DNA of 64,000 nucleotides from Corallococcus coralloides (GTDB lineage Bacteria; Myxococcota; Myxococcia; Myxococcales; Myxococcaceae): NCBI RefSeq assembly GCF_044792175.1, contig NZ_CP172866.1; one strand, 5' to 3'. Shown piece by piece: positions 55,808 to 64,000 of this stretch (position 1 is its first letter; each line of letters starts with the position of its first letter). The notes under the pieces were generated by a model. It saw only the letters and a program-made list of their open reading frames with translations, ran no database searches and was not told where the DNA came from. The position numbers and the translations under genes were made by a program.

Positions 55808-56644
55808 CTACAGGCCGCGCAGCCTGCGGATTTCCTCGTAGGCGTCGCGGACGGCCTGGAACCGGCGGGCGGCCTGCTCGGCGGCCCTGGGCGCCAGGTG
55901 GCTGGCCTTGTCCGGGTGGAAGCGGGCGGCGAGCTTGCGGTAGGCGCTCTTCACCTCCGCGTCGGTGGCGTCCGGGGGGAGGCCCAGCGTCTGGTAGTGG
56001 GCGGTGGCGTCGCCCAGGTGCTGCTCGGCCAGGGCCTGGACCTTGGCGTCGGGGACGTCCAGGCCCTCGGCCACGCGCTTCAGGGCCTCGCGTTCGGAGC
56101 GCTGGAGGGGGCCGTCCGCGAGCGCCATCTCGTAGAGGGCGTCCAGCAGGCGGAGCCGTTCGCCCGAAGGCAGGGAGTCCAGGCAGGAGGCGAGGGCGGC
56201 GGGGGCGTCCAGGGAGGCGGGGTGGGAGAGGAAGTCCTTGAGGTGGCGGCGCACGGCCTGGACGGTGTGGGCGTCGGCGTGGAGGACCTCCTCGAAGTAG
56301 CGGCGGACCTCGCGGACCTCCTCGCGGCGCATGTCGCCGTCGGCGCGGGCCACGTCCACGAAGAGGGCGGTGATGTCGCGGTCGAGCGGGTCCTCGTCCG
56401 GGGCCTGGACGATGGGGAACTCGCCCGGGCCCTGGGAGAGGGGGGCCTGCTTGGGAGGCGGCTCGAAGGTGACGGGGAAGTCGCTGAAGATTTCAGGGAA
56501 GTCCGGGGGCGCGGCGTGCTGTTCGTCGAAGTAGTGGCCCAGGCCCGTGCCCACGATGAGGGCGAGCACGATGGCCCAGGGGCCGCCAATGAGGAGGCCG
56601 GCCATGAGACCCAACATCGCCCCGAGAACTTTTCCCGCGCCCAT
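55808..56644 (-). CDS. djlA: DjlA-like co-chaperone (N-terminal TM, TerB-like domain, C-terminal J-domain)
   Basis: [38 protein letters not shown], then ...[31 protein letters not shown]-domain. The remaining 5' 330 codons of track ORF 55808..57634 are antisense to folD and are junk. Confidence 0.75.
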   Translation of the reverse strand: MGAGKVLGAMLGLMAGLLIGGPWAIVLALIVGTGLGHYFDEQHAAPPDFPEIFSDFPVTFEPPPKQAPLSQGPGEFPIVQAPDEDPLDRDITALFVDVARADGDMRREEVREVRRYFEEVLHADAHTVQAVRRHLKDFLSHPASLDAPAALASCLDSLPSGERLRLLDALYEMALADGPLQRSEREALKRVAEGLDVPDAKVQALAEQHLGDATAHYQTLGLPPDATDAEVKSAYRKLAARFHPDKASHLAPRAAEQAARRFQAVRDAYEEIRRLRGL

Positions 56645-56695
56645 GCCTTCGCTTCGCTCCCTTGTGCCGGGCCAGTCTTGCATAAGGTGGGGCGT

Positions 56696-57547
56696 ATGAC
56701 GGCTCAGTTGATTGACGGCAAGGCAGTGGCGGCGCGCGTGCGGGCGGAGATCAAGGAGGAGGTGGCGCGCCTGAAGGCGGAGCGCGGCATCACCCCGGGG
56801 CTCGCCGTGGTGCGTGTGGGCGAGGACCCGGCGTCGAAGATCTACGTGACGGGCAAGAAGAAGGCCGCCGAGGAGGTGGGCTTCAACTCCTGGGAGCACC
56901 ACCCGGATGAGACCATCACCCAGGAGGAGCTCCTGGCGCTGGTGCACCGGCTGAACGAGGACCCGGCGGTGCACGGCATCCTGGTGCAGTTGCCGTTGCC
57001 CAAGCACATCGACGCGGACGCCATCATCGCGGCGGTGAAGCCGGAGAAGGACGCGGACGGCTTCCACCCGATGAACGCGGGCAACCTGCTGCTGGGCCGC
57101 CCGGCGACGCGGGCGTGCACGCCCTACGGGGTGATGCGGTTGTTGGAAGAGGTGGGGTGCAATCCGGCGGGAAAGCGCGCGGTGGTGGTGGGCCGCAGCA
57201 ACATCGTGGGCAAGCCGCAGGCGCTGATGCTGCTCCAGAAGGACGCGACGGTGACGGTGTGCCACCGCAAGAGCGACCTGCCGTCGGAGGTGGCGCAGGC
57301 GGACATCCTGGTGGTGGCGGTGGGCGTGCCGGAGCTGGTGAAGGGCGCGTGGATCAGGCCCGGCGCGGTGGTGATTGACGTGGGCATGAACCGCAAGGCG
57401 GACGGCAAGCTGGTGGGGGACGTGGAGTTCGCCGCGGCGGCGGAGCGCGCGTCGTTCATCACGCCGGTGCCGGGTGGCGTGGGGCCGATGACCATTGCCA
57501 TGCTGATGAAGAACACGCTGGAGGCGGCTCAGCGCGCGGGGAAATGA
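56696..57547 (+). CDS. folD: Bifunctional methylenetetrahydrofolate dehydrogenase/cyclohydrolase
   Basis: [51 protein letters not shown]...[13 protein letters not shown]...[12 protein letters not shown]. This is the 3' 283 codons of track ORF 55898..57547. Confidence 0.9.
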   Translation: MTAQLIDGKAVAARVRAEIKEEVARLKAERGITPGLAVVRVGEDPASKIYVTGKKKAAEEVGFNSWEHHPDETITQEELLALVHRLNEDPAVHGILVQLPLPKHIDADAIIAAVKPEKDADGFHPMNAGNLLLGRPATRACTPYGVMRLLEEVGCNPAGKRAVVVGRSNIVGKPQALMLLQKDATVTVCHRKSDLPSEVAQADILVVAVGVPELVKGAWIRPGAVVIDVGMNRKADGKLVGDVEFAAAAERASFITPVPGGVGPMTIAMLMKNTLEAAQRAGK

Positions 57548-57611
57548 TGTGATTGTCGGACCTCTCTGCCCATGAAGAGGATTGTTTGATGTCAACTTCA
57601 GTCGAGGCCTT

Positions 57612-57635
57612 CTTGGATGTCGATCTGAATCCAAG
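57612..57635. promoter_or_regulatory. Inverted repeat CTTGGAT-N10-ATCCAAG inside an unusually AT-rich (~50% GC) 200-bp tract between folD and the OmpA-family gene
   Basis: Read directly. The surrounding 57548-57760 tract is the lowest-GC non-coding stretch in the window. Confidence 0.3.
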
Positions 57636-57891
57636 CGCGCCGCTTGAGTCCGAGCGCCCGGGATGGCGCAGGTGTCTGACGAACAAAGTCTTTGATGCTG
57701 TTTCAGATAAGAGTACAGGTCGCTGACATCGGTGCGGGGATTGTCAGTCGGATGGCAGGCGACGCATGTCGTGCATTACGGGCGTTTCGACATCAACGGT
57801 CTCATTTGCATGGCCGTGTCTTCGAGCGGAGATGGAGCTTCTCCCCGCCATTCCCCTTCGCCCCGGGCGGGACCTGACGGAAGATGGGCGC

Positions 57892-59442
57892 ATGGGTCCG
57901 GCCTTGCACCGATGCGCAGTGGGCGGGGCCGCGCTGGGACTGCTGCTGTTCGCATCCCCCGCGCGTGCCCAGGACGCCACGCCCCTGCCCACGTTCTCCC
58001 TGGAGCGCCTGGACCCGAACCCGGGCCTGGGGCCCCTGACGATGGGGAGCGGGGAGCTGCTCGCACCTGGAGCCCTGCGCATCTCCCTGCTGGCGCACTA
58101 CCAGCGGAAGTCACTCACGGTCCGCAATGGGCCGGACGAATACCCGCTCGTCCTGTCCCGGACCACCGGCGTGGTGTCGCTGGCCGTGGGCGTGCTTCCC
58201 TGGCTGGAGCTTCAGGCCCAGCTCCCTGGCGTCATCCATCAGAGCGGCGCGGACGTGAGCACCGTGCTGTCCATCTCCTCCCCGTCGCGGAGCGGCCTGG
58301 GCGCGCCACGACTCGCGGCCCGGCTGGGCTTGCTGGGGACCACCGCTCCCGAGGCCTTCCACCTGGCCCTCGACCTGGATGTGCGGCTGCCCGTGGGCGG
58401 CTCGGGGGCGCTCGCTCGCGACCAGGGCGTCCGGGGACAGGGACGCCTCATGATGGGCAAGCGCTGGGGGCCCGTGGCTCCGGCGCTGGAAGTGGGCGTG
58501 CTCCTGCGTCGCGCTGTTTCGACGGACTCCGGCGTGGACAGCCTCAACGGCGTGGGCAACGAGCTTCGCGCCGGGGTGGGCCTGACGGTGGGGTACGCCC
58601 TGCGCGCGGAGGTGTCGGCGCTCGGCGCGTACTCGTGGCGGCAGCAGCGCACCAGCGGCGAGCTGCTGGGCGGCCTGCGCTACGCGCCCTCCCGGCCCTG
58701 GGAGTTCTTCGCATTGGGTGGGGCGGGCCTGGGCGCGGAGCCGGGAGCCCCTCGCTTCCGGGTGCTCGCGGGATTCGCGCTGCTCTTCGACAAGCCACCG
58801 CCTCCGCCCCCGGAGGACATCGTCTACGAACTCGTCCAGGGCCTGCCCCGTGCTCCCGCCGCCCCCCAGCTCGAGCCCGAACCCACGCCTTCCGAACCTC
58901 CACCTCCCGAGCCCGCCAAGGATGAGCCTGTCTCCGAGACCGACACGGACGGCGATGGTGTCGTGGACGTGTTGGACGCCTGCATCCACGAGCGGGGGAC
59001 CCGCGAACACGGCGGCTGCCCGGAGACTGGTGACTCGCTCGTCTCCCTGACCCGCGAGCGCCTCGTCCTCCATGGCCAGGTCTTCTTCGAGGTCGGCGTG
59101 ACGACGGTGCCGGGCCGCTCTCGCGTCCTGGATCAGGTGGCGCGGGTGCTGCTGGAGCATCCGGAGGTGGAGCGCGTCGTCATCGAAGGGCACACGGACG
59201 CGGAAGGCTCCACCGCCTCCAACCAGCGTCTGTCCCTCGCTCGCGCGGAAGCAGTCCGCGACTACCTGGTGCGAAAGGGCGTCCCGGCTCACCGCTTGGA
59301 AGCCCGGGGCCTCGGTGCGCGCCGGCCCGCGGGCTCCAACGGTACGCCAGCGGGCCGGGGCGAGAACCGCCGAGCGGAGCTTCTGTTGACCCTGGGCGAG
59401 CCCACTTCGGCCCGCACCGTCCCCGCGCCTCCTCCCCCCTGA
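57892..59442 (+). CDS. OmpA-family outer-membrane protein (N-terminal beta-barrel-like region, Pro-rich linker, C-terminal OmpA peptidoglycan-binding domain)
   Basis: Signal peptide MGPALHRCAVGGAALGLLLFASPARAQD...PPPPPPEDIV... OmpA_C domain VVIEGHTDAEGSTASNQRLSLARAEAVRDYLVRKGVPAHRLEARGLGARRP...NRRAELLL. Confidence 0.8.
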   Translation: MGPALHRCAVGGAALGLLLFASPARAQDATPLPTFSLERLDPNPGLGPLTMGSGELLAPGALRISLLAHYQRKSLTVRNGPDEYPLVLSRTTGVVSLAVGVLPWLELQAQLPGVIHQSGADVSTVLSISSPSRSGLGAPRLAARLGLLGTTAPEAFHLALDLDVRLPVGGSGALARDQGVRGQGRLMMGKRWGPVAPALEVGVLLRRAVSTDSGVDSLNGVGNELRAGVGLTVGYALRAEVSALGAYSWRQQRTSGELLGGLRYAPSRPWEFFALGGAGLGAEPGAPRFRVLAGFALLFDKPPPPPPEDIVYELVQGLPRAPAAPQLEPEPTPSEPPPPEPAKDEPVSETDTDGDGVVDVLDACIHERGTREHGGCPETGDSLVSLTRERLVLHGQVFFEVGVTTVPGRSRVLDQVARVLLEHPEVERVVIEGHTDAEGSTASNQRLSLARAEAVRDYLVRKGVPAHRLEARGLGARRPAGSNGTPAGRGENRRAELLLTLGEPTSARTVPAPPPP

Positions 59443-59552
59443 GTCCAGGGGAGGGCCTCCCCGGCGGAGGCACCCCGCGGAAACCTGTCCGACAGTCGGA
59501 CAGGTTCTGGCCGCACCGGGCCCGGGGGCGCACCCCGCGGACATCCGGGGGG

Positions 59553-62500
59553 TTAGCGCGCCCGCTGACCGCGCCGGGCCCTCCGCCTGGCCAGCACCCA
59601 CGCCGCGAGCACCCAGACCCCTCCGGACCCACCCACCGCGCAGCCGCTGCCCTCCACCGTGACGGCTTCACCAATGCCCTCCACGGGAACGACCGTGGGG
59701 CCCAGTCCGCCTCCGCTCGGCACCACGCGGACCTCGCCGCGCACCGTGCCCGTGCGCGTCGGGTGGAACGTCACCGGGACGGAGGCGCGGCCCCCGGCCG
59801 GGATGGCACCGCTCGCCGCGCTCATGTCCACACGGAAGGCGGCATCGGAGGAGGTCACCTGCACGGTGACAGGCACGTTGCCCGTGTTCACGAGCTCCAA
59901 CGAAAGGGGCTGGCTGGTGGCGTCCACCCGCTGGTTGCCGAACACGATGGCGCCGGGCGTCACCGTCAGCTCCTGCGCCACGCCCGTGCCCTGCACCGCG
60001 ATCATCAGCGGCGTGGAGGACGCGTCGTGCCGAACCGCGAGCGACCCTGCGTAATCGCCCGGCCGCGGCGGCTCGAAGACGACGTAGAAGGGGTGGCTTG
60101 TGCGCGGCTCCACGACATGGGGGAGCGGGAGCCCCGACAGGGAGAACCCGTCCACCGGATCCACTCCCGTGATGGTGACGGGGCTCGTGCCGGTGTTGCG
60201 CAGCTCCACGACGCGCTGCGAGGTTCCCCCGAGGAACTGGGAGCCGAAGGTCAGCGCCGTCACGGACGTCTCCATCGAGGCCGTGGTCCCCGTGCCCCGC
60301 AGCGTCACCTGGGCGGCGCGCGGCGCGTTGCTCTGGACCTCCAGCACGCCGTTCTCCGAGGTGGCCTCCGCGGGCTTGTAGCTGACCTGGAACGTGCGGT
60401 TCCCGAGCGGCGGCACGCTGGTGCCCACGTTGAGCCCTGACACCTGGAACGGACCGCTCACGTTCACCGCCGTCACGTTCAGCGACTCGCTGCCCATGTT
60501 GAACAGCGTGAGCTCCCGGGGCGCGCTCAGGCCTCCCACCCGCTGGCCGCCGAACTCCATCACGTCGCTCGCCATCCGGGAGACGGCCTGGAGCCCCTCA
60601 CCGTCCAGCTTCACCACCGTGGGAGACGACGGCGCGTTCGAGAACACACGGAGCGCGCCGGACGCGGCGCCGTCCTCGACCGGGACGAAGGTCGCCTCCA
60701 TCGTGAAGGCGTCGCGCGGCGGGAGCTCCTTCGGCAGCTTCGGGAGCACCAGCGAGAACGGCCCCGCCACCGCGATGGTGCTGATGGTGAGCGTGTCCGT
60801 CCCCGAATTGACGATCGTCACCTGCACCGCCTTGCTGGTGTTCCCCACCTCCGTCCGCGCGAAGGACAGCGCCGAGGGGGTGGCGGTCACCTTTCCTTCG
60901 ACGCCTTGTCCGCTGAGCAGCACGGTCTGGGTGGAGCCACCCGGGCCGTCCGCGCTCAGCAGCAGCTCCGGTGCGAACCGGGCGATATGCGGAGGCTCGA
61001 AGGTCACCTGGACCTGGGTCGTGGCACCGGGGGCCAGGCTGAACCGTCCCGCGGGGGTGACCGCGAAGCCCGTGGGCGCCTGGATGGACTCCACCACCAG
61101 CGTTCCGGCCCCCTCGTTCTTGAGCGTCAAGGCCTGGGGCGCGCTCACGGAGCCGACCTCGCGCGAGCCGAAGTCCAGCGCCGTACCACCATCGGGCGCG
61201 GTGACCTTGAGCGCGGGGACCGCCACGCCCGTGCCGGTGAGCGCCACCTTCACGACCGGGGTGCGCGGATCATTGCTCCGCAGGGTGAGGTCCTTCGCGG
61301 CGCGGCCCGCCACCGGGGCATAGGCCACCGTCAGGTTCGCCTGTTCCCGGGCCTTGATGGTCAGCGGAAGGCCGGACTCCACCGTGAAGGGCGCCTCGAC
61401 GTCGAAGGCGGTGAGGACGAGGTCGTCCAGTCCCGTGTTGCTGACCGCCAGCGTCTTGCGAACAGGGTCGACCCCCGCGGTGTGCACACCGAAGTCCATC
61501 GCGGTCGCCGCCACGACGATGGCGGGTTCGATGCCCGTGCCCCGCAGGGAGACCTCCGCGAGCGGCGTGGCGGACCCCTGGGCCTGGATGTACATCGGCA
61601 GGGAGAACGCGCCCGCCGTCGCCTTGAAGGTCACCGTGAGCGGCAGGACCGTGCCTGGCTGCACGACGCTGCCTCCCGGAGCCAGGCCGCTCACGCTGAA
61701 GGGCGCCTGCGTCAGCACGGCGGGAATCGTGAGCGGCAGGCTCCCCACGTTCTTCACCTGGAGCAGCAGGTTGCTGCTCGCGCCCACGCGCACGGTGCCG
61801 AAGTCGAGCGCGGTCGGCGCGAGCTCGAGCTTCGGGGCACCGCCCGTGCCCTCGAGCTTGATGGGCAGGGAGCCGTTGTCGGGGTCGTTGCTCAGCAGGC
61901 TCAGGATTCCGGAGTCAACGCGGTCGGCCGTGGGCGCGTACGTGACGGTCACGTCCAGGGTCGCGCCCTCCTTGAGCGTGAAGGGCAGGGACACCGGCGC
62001 CAGCTTGAAGGGGAGGGGGAGCGACATGGCGTCGATGACCAGCGGGACGACGCCCTCGTTGGTCAGCCGCACCTTCTGCGAGGCGGACGCGCCCACCGCG
62101 ATCGAGCCGAAGGACAGGCTCGTCGGGTTGACCCTGAGCAGGGGCCGCCCCGTCCTCAGGCGGATCCGGGCGGCGGCGATGCAGTTGGTCCGCTCCGGAC
62201 GCAGCGCGAAGGTATTGATGTCGCCGTATCGGTAGCCAGGGATCCCCATGGAGTCGGGCGCCTTGTAGCCGAGCTCCGGCGTCTCGCAGCCACCGCACAC
62301 GCGGAAGGGATTCGGGGCCATGCCGTAGGTCCCCAGGACCTGGCTGTTCAGCAGGACGGTCGTGAGCCCGCCGTCGTAGCCACGGCCAATGATCTCCACC
62401 TCCGCGCCAGTCACCCGCCAACCCTTGGCGACGGGATCCGTGAAGCTCCGGACCCCCCCGTTCCAATTCCCGGTGTTGTCCGAGCACGCATAGGTCGTGC

Positions 62501-62690
62501 GATCACAGGTGGGGCACTTCGTGGCTCCGTCCCAGGTCAGCTCAAGGAAGTAATCCTTGACCACTGTCAGGGATTGGGACCGCGAGGCCTCGCCAGGCGT
62601 CTCGGGCGACGCCGGCGCCTCGGGCTCCACGGGGGAACAGGAGGCAAGGACAGACAGGCAGAGAGCAGCCAGCAGGGTGAGTCGACGCAT
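59553..62690 (-). CDS. Large surface lipoprotein built of about 9 tandem choice-of-anchor-D / ASH (HYDIN-like) Ig-fold repeats, with a C-terminal MYXO-CTERM sorting signal
   Basis: Lipoprotein signal MRRLTLLAALCLSVLASCSP. Repeats carry the pattern L.F(G)...VG..S....L.L.N.G...L.I. The C-terminus reads GSGCAVGGSGGVWVLAAWVLARRRARRGQRAR. Start trimmed to ATG 62690. Confidence 0.8.
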   Translation of the reverse strand: MRRLTLLAALCLSVLASCSPVEPEAPASPETPGEASRSQSLTVVKDYFLELTWDGATKCPTCDRTTYACSDNTGNWNGGVRSFTDPVAKGWRVTGAEVEIIGRGYDGGLTTVLLNSQVLGTYGMAPNPFRVCGGCETPELGYKAPDSMGIPGYRYGDINTFALRPERTNCIAAARIRLRTGRPLLRVNPTSLSFGSIAVGASASQKVRLTNEGVVPLVIDAMSLPLPFKLAPVSLPFTLKEGATLDVTVTYAPTADRVDSGILSLLSNDPDNGSLPIKLEGTGGAPKLELAPTALDFGTVRVGASSNLLLQVKNVGSLPLTIPAVLTQAPFSVSGLAPGGSVVQPGTVLPLTVTFKATAGAFSLPMYIQAQGSATPLAEVSLRGTGIEPAIVVAATAMDFGVHTAGVDPVRKTLAVSNTGLDDLVLTAFDVEAPFTVESGLPLTIKAREQANLTVAYAPVAGRAAKDLTLRSNDPRTPVVKVALTGTGVAVPALKVTAPDGGTALDFGSREVGSVSAPQALTLKNEGAGTLVVESIQAPTGFAVTPAGRFSLAPGATTQVQVTFEPPHIARFAPELLLSADGPGGSTQTVLLSGQGVEGKVTATPSALSFARTEVGNTSKAVQVTIVNSGTDTLTISTIAVAGPFSLVLPKLPKELPPRDAFTMEATFVPVEDGAASGALRVFSNAPSSPTVVKLDGEGLQAVSRMASDVMEFGGQRVGGLSAPRELTLFNMGSESLNVTAVNVSGPFQVSGLNVGTSVPPLGNRTFQVSYKPAEATSENGVLEVQSNAPRAAQVTLRGTGTTASMETSVTALTFGSQFLGGTSQRVVELRNTGTSPVTITGVDPVDGFSLSGLPLPHVVEPRTSHPFYVVFEPPRPGDYAGSLAVRHDASSTPLMIAVQGTGVAQELTVTPGAIVFGNQRVDATSQPLSLELVNTGNVPVTVQVTSSDAAFRVDMSAASGAIPAGGRASVPVTFHPTRTGTVRGEVRVVPSGGGLGPTVVPVEGIGEAVTVEGSGCAVGGSGGVWVLAAWVLARRRARRGQRAR

Positions 62691-62846
62691 CGGAGCGCCT
62701 CTCGTGAGAATTGGGAAGCCCGTCCCAGGAAGAAAGGGCGCGAGAGCTTCGCATGAATCATCAACACAACGCGACCCATCAGCCTTTACAAGGATGGTGT
62801 TCTGGGTACACGATGGGTCGGGGTCACGGACCTGGGAGGTTGTCAC

Positions 62847-63782
62847 ATGGTGAGGCGCGAGGAGCGCATCGCGGGGGGACTGTATGGGCTGCTCGTGGGA
62901 GACGCGCTCGGGGTGCCCTATGAGTTCCACCGGCCCGAAGCGATACCGGCCCCGGAGGCCATCGAGTACGACCCACCTCCGGGCTTCACTCGCGCGCATG
63001 GCCGCGTCCCACCGGGCACGTGGTCGGACGACGGTGCCCACGCGCTGTGCCTGCTGGACTCCCTGACGTATCAGAAGCGGCTCGACTGCGAGGACCTGGG
63101 CCGGCGGCTGGTGAACTGGCAGGACTGGGGCTACCTCGCCGTGGACGGTGACGTGTTCGACGTGGGCATCCAGACCAGCACCGCCCTTCGCCGGTTGCGG
63201 GACGGCACGCCCGCGATGCTCGCCGGCCCCAACGGCACCCTGGACAACGGCAATGGCTCACTGATGCGTGTGTTGCCATTGGCCCTGTGGCACCAGGGCA
63301 AGGACGCGGCGCTCGTCTCGGATGCCATGGCCCAGTCGCGCGTGACACATGGCCACGTGCGCGCCCAGGTGTGCTGCGCGCTGTATTGCCTCTGGGCCCG
63401 CCGCATCCTGGAGGGCGCGGCGGATCCGTGGGCCGAAGCCGTGGCCACCTTCCGGGACCTGTACGTGGAAGGCTTCCCGCAGCGGGAGGAGCTGGAGGCC
63501 CACATCCGCCCGGACGACCCGGCGCCGGGGACGGGCGGCGGCTACGTCGTGGACTGCCTGCGCTCCGCCCGGGCCTGCGTGGCGAACGGGAAGACCTACG
63601 AAGAGGTCGTCAAAGCCGCCATCCGGCTGGGCCACGACACGGACACCACGGCCTGCGTGGCGGGCGGCATCGCGGGCCTCATCCACGGCCTGAACGGGAT
63701 TCCCCACCGCTGGCGCTCGCGGTTGCGGGGCCAGGAGCTGGTGGAGCCGCTCCTGGCGCGCCTCATGAAGTCCCTGGGCTGA
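62847..63782 (+). CDS. ADP-ribosylglycohydrolase family protein (DraG/ARH-like)
   Basis: RIAGGLYGLLVGDALGVPYEF...GTWSDDGAHALCLLDSL...GNGSLMRVLPLAL...GHDTDTTACVAGGIAGLIHG. Confidence 0.8.
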   Translation: MVRREERIAGGLYGLLVGDALGVPYEFHRPEAIPAPEAIEYDPPPGFTRAHGRVPPGTWSDDGAHALCLLDSLTYQKRLDCEDLGRRLVNWQDWGYLAVDGDVFDVGIQTSTALRRLRDGTPAMLAGPNGTLDNGNGSLMRVLPLALWHQGKDAALVSDAMAQSRVTHGHVRAQVCCALYCLWARRILEGAADPWAEAVATFRDLYVEGFPQREELEAHIRPDDPAPGTGGGYVVDCLRSARACVANGKTYEEVVKAAIRLGHDTDTTACVAGGIAGLIHGLNGIPHRWRSRLRGQELVEPLLARLMKSLG

Positions 63783-63785
63783 GCT

Positions 63786-64000
63786 TCAGTCCGGGAAGAT
63801 CTCGAGCACGTCCTTCAGCATCGCCGCGCCCGTGCCCCGGGCGCCCTGCTCACCGTTGATGACGGTGTTCACGCCGTGCAGGTCGCTGCGGAACACCGCG
63901 CCCATCTCCATCGCGCCCAGCCGTGCCAGGGGATGGGCCGCGTCCACGGCGGTGGGCCGCACGCTCCACTCCCACCGCTCCGCGCCCACGGGCTCGCCGC
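63786..64000 (-). CDS. 3' end of an unidentified minus-strand gene running off the window end
   Basis: An open frame through the window edge ends ...VINGEQGARGTGAAMLKDVLEIFPD*. There is too little sequence to classify it. Confidence 0.3.
   Translation of the reverse strand, partial: GEPVGAERWEWSVRPTAVDAAHPLARLGAMEMGAVFRSDLHGVNTVINGEQGARGTGAAMLKDVLEIFPD

Noticed and set aside
55808-57634. 608-aa minus-strand ORF taken at full length, and 55898..57547 plus-strand ORF taken at full length
   Set aside because: Only the 3' 278 codons (DjlA-like: TM, TerB-like domain and J-domain) and the 3' 283 codons (FolD) are real. The 5' portions overlap each other antisense and are low complexity.
57732-58925. 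397-aa plus-strand ORF overlapping the OmpA-family gene in another frame
   Set aside because: It is Arg/Gly/Pro-rich junk. The OmpA frame has a signal peptide and a canonical OmpA_C domain.

Overview
This is a high-GC (~68-70%) chromosomal segment that looks myxobacterial (Myxococcaceae-like). Supporting signs are two very large surface proteins ending in MYXO-CTERM (Gly-Cys plus a TM helix and an Arg-rich tail) sorting signals, and frequent GTG/TTG starts. Because of the GC content the six-frame track contains many long stop-free junk frames, so I kept only frames whose translations show recognisable protein families or convincing non-low-complexity sequence.

Most of the window is housekeeping. 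Genes I can call are: a partial HAMP-GAF sensor, pgeF/yfiH, a YbgF-like TPR protein, a LysM protein, dprA-topA, a MotA/TolQ/ExbB plus two ExbD/TolR triad, a DksA-like regulator, trmFO, a TolB-like lipoprotein, hslVU, argD, a J-domain/TPR plus Hsp70 operon, a split MaoC hot-dog pair, an SDR reductase, coaE, a tetraheme cytochrome c, engB, a waaL-like O-antigen ligase plus a GT4 glycosyltransferase, ocd, pyrD, add, an Smr protein, djlA, folD, an OmpA-family protein and an ADP-ribosylglycohydrolase. I found no rRNA, tRNA, CRISPR or transposase.

The stand-out region is 40.4-51.2 kb. It holds a co-directional three-gene cassette on the minus strand. Two large paralogous proteins (1283 and 1303 aa) of no family I recognise flank an 806-aa protein with a clear Hint (Hedgehog/intein-type autoprocessing) domain. 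Each large protein has a central hydrophobic helical block and a C-terminal Ig-like (He_PIG-type) module. The cassette is Gln/Asn/Ser/Thr-rich, appears lower in GC than its surroundings, and is followed by a 500-bp non-coding tract that ends in a strong plus-strand intrinsic terminator. I consider this a candidate novel secreted or toxin-like system.

Coordinates of internal starts were derived by codon arithmetic from the ORF track; single-base uncertainties are possible.
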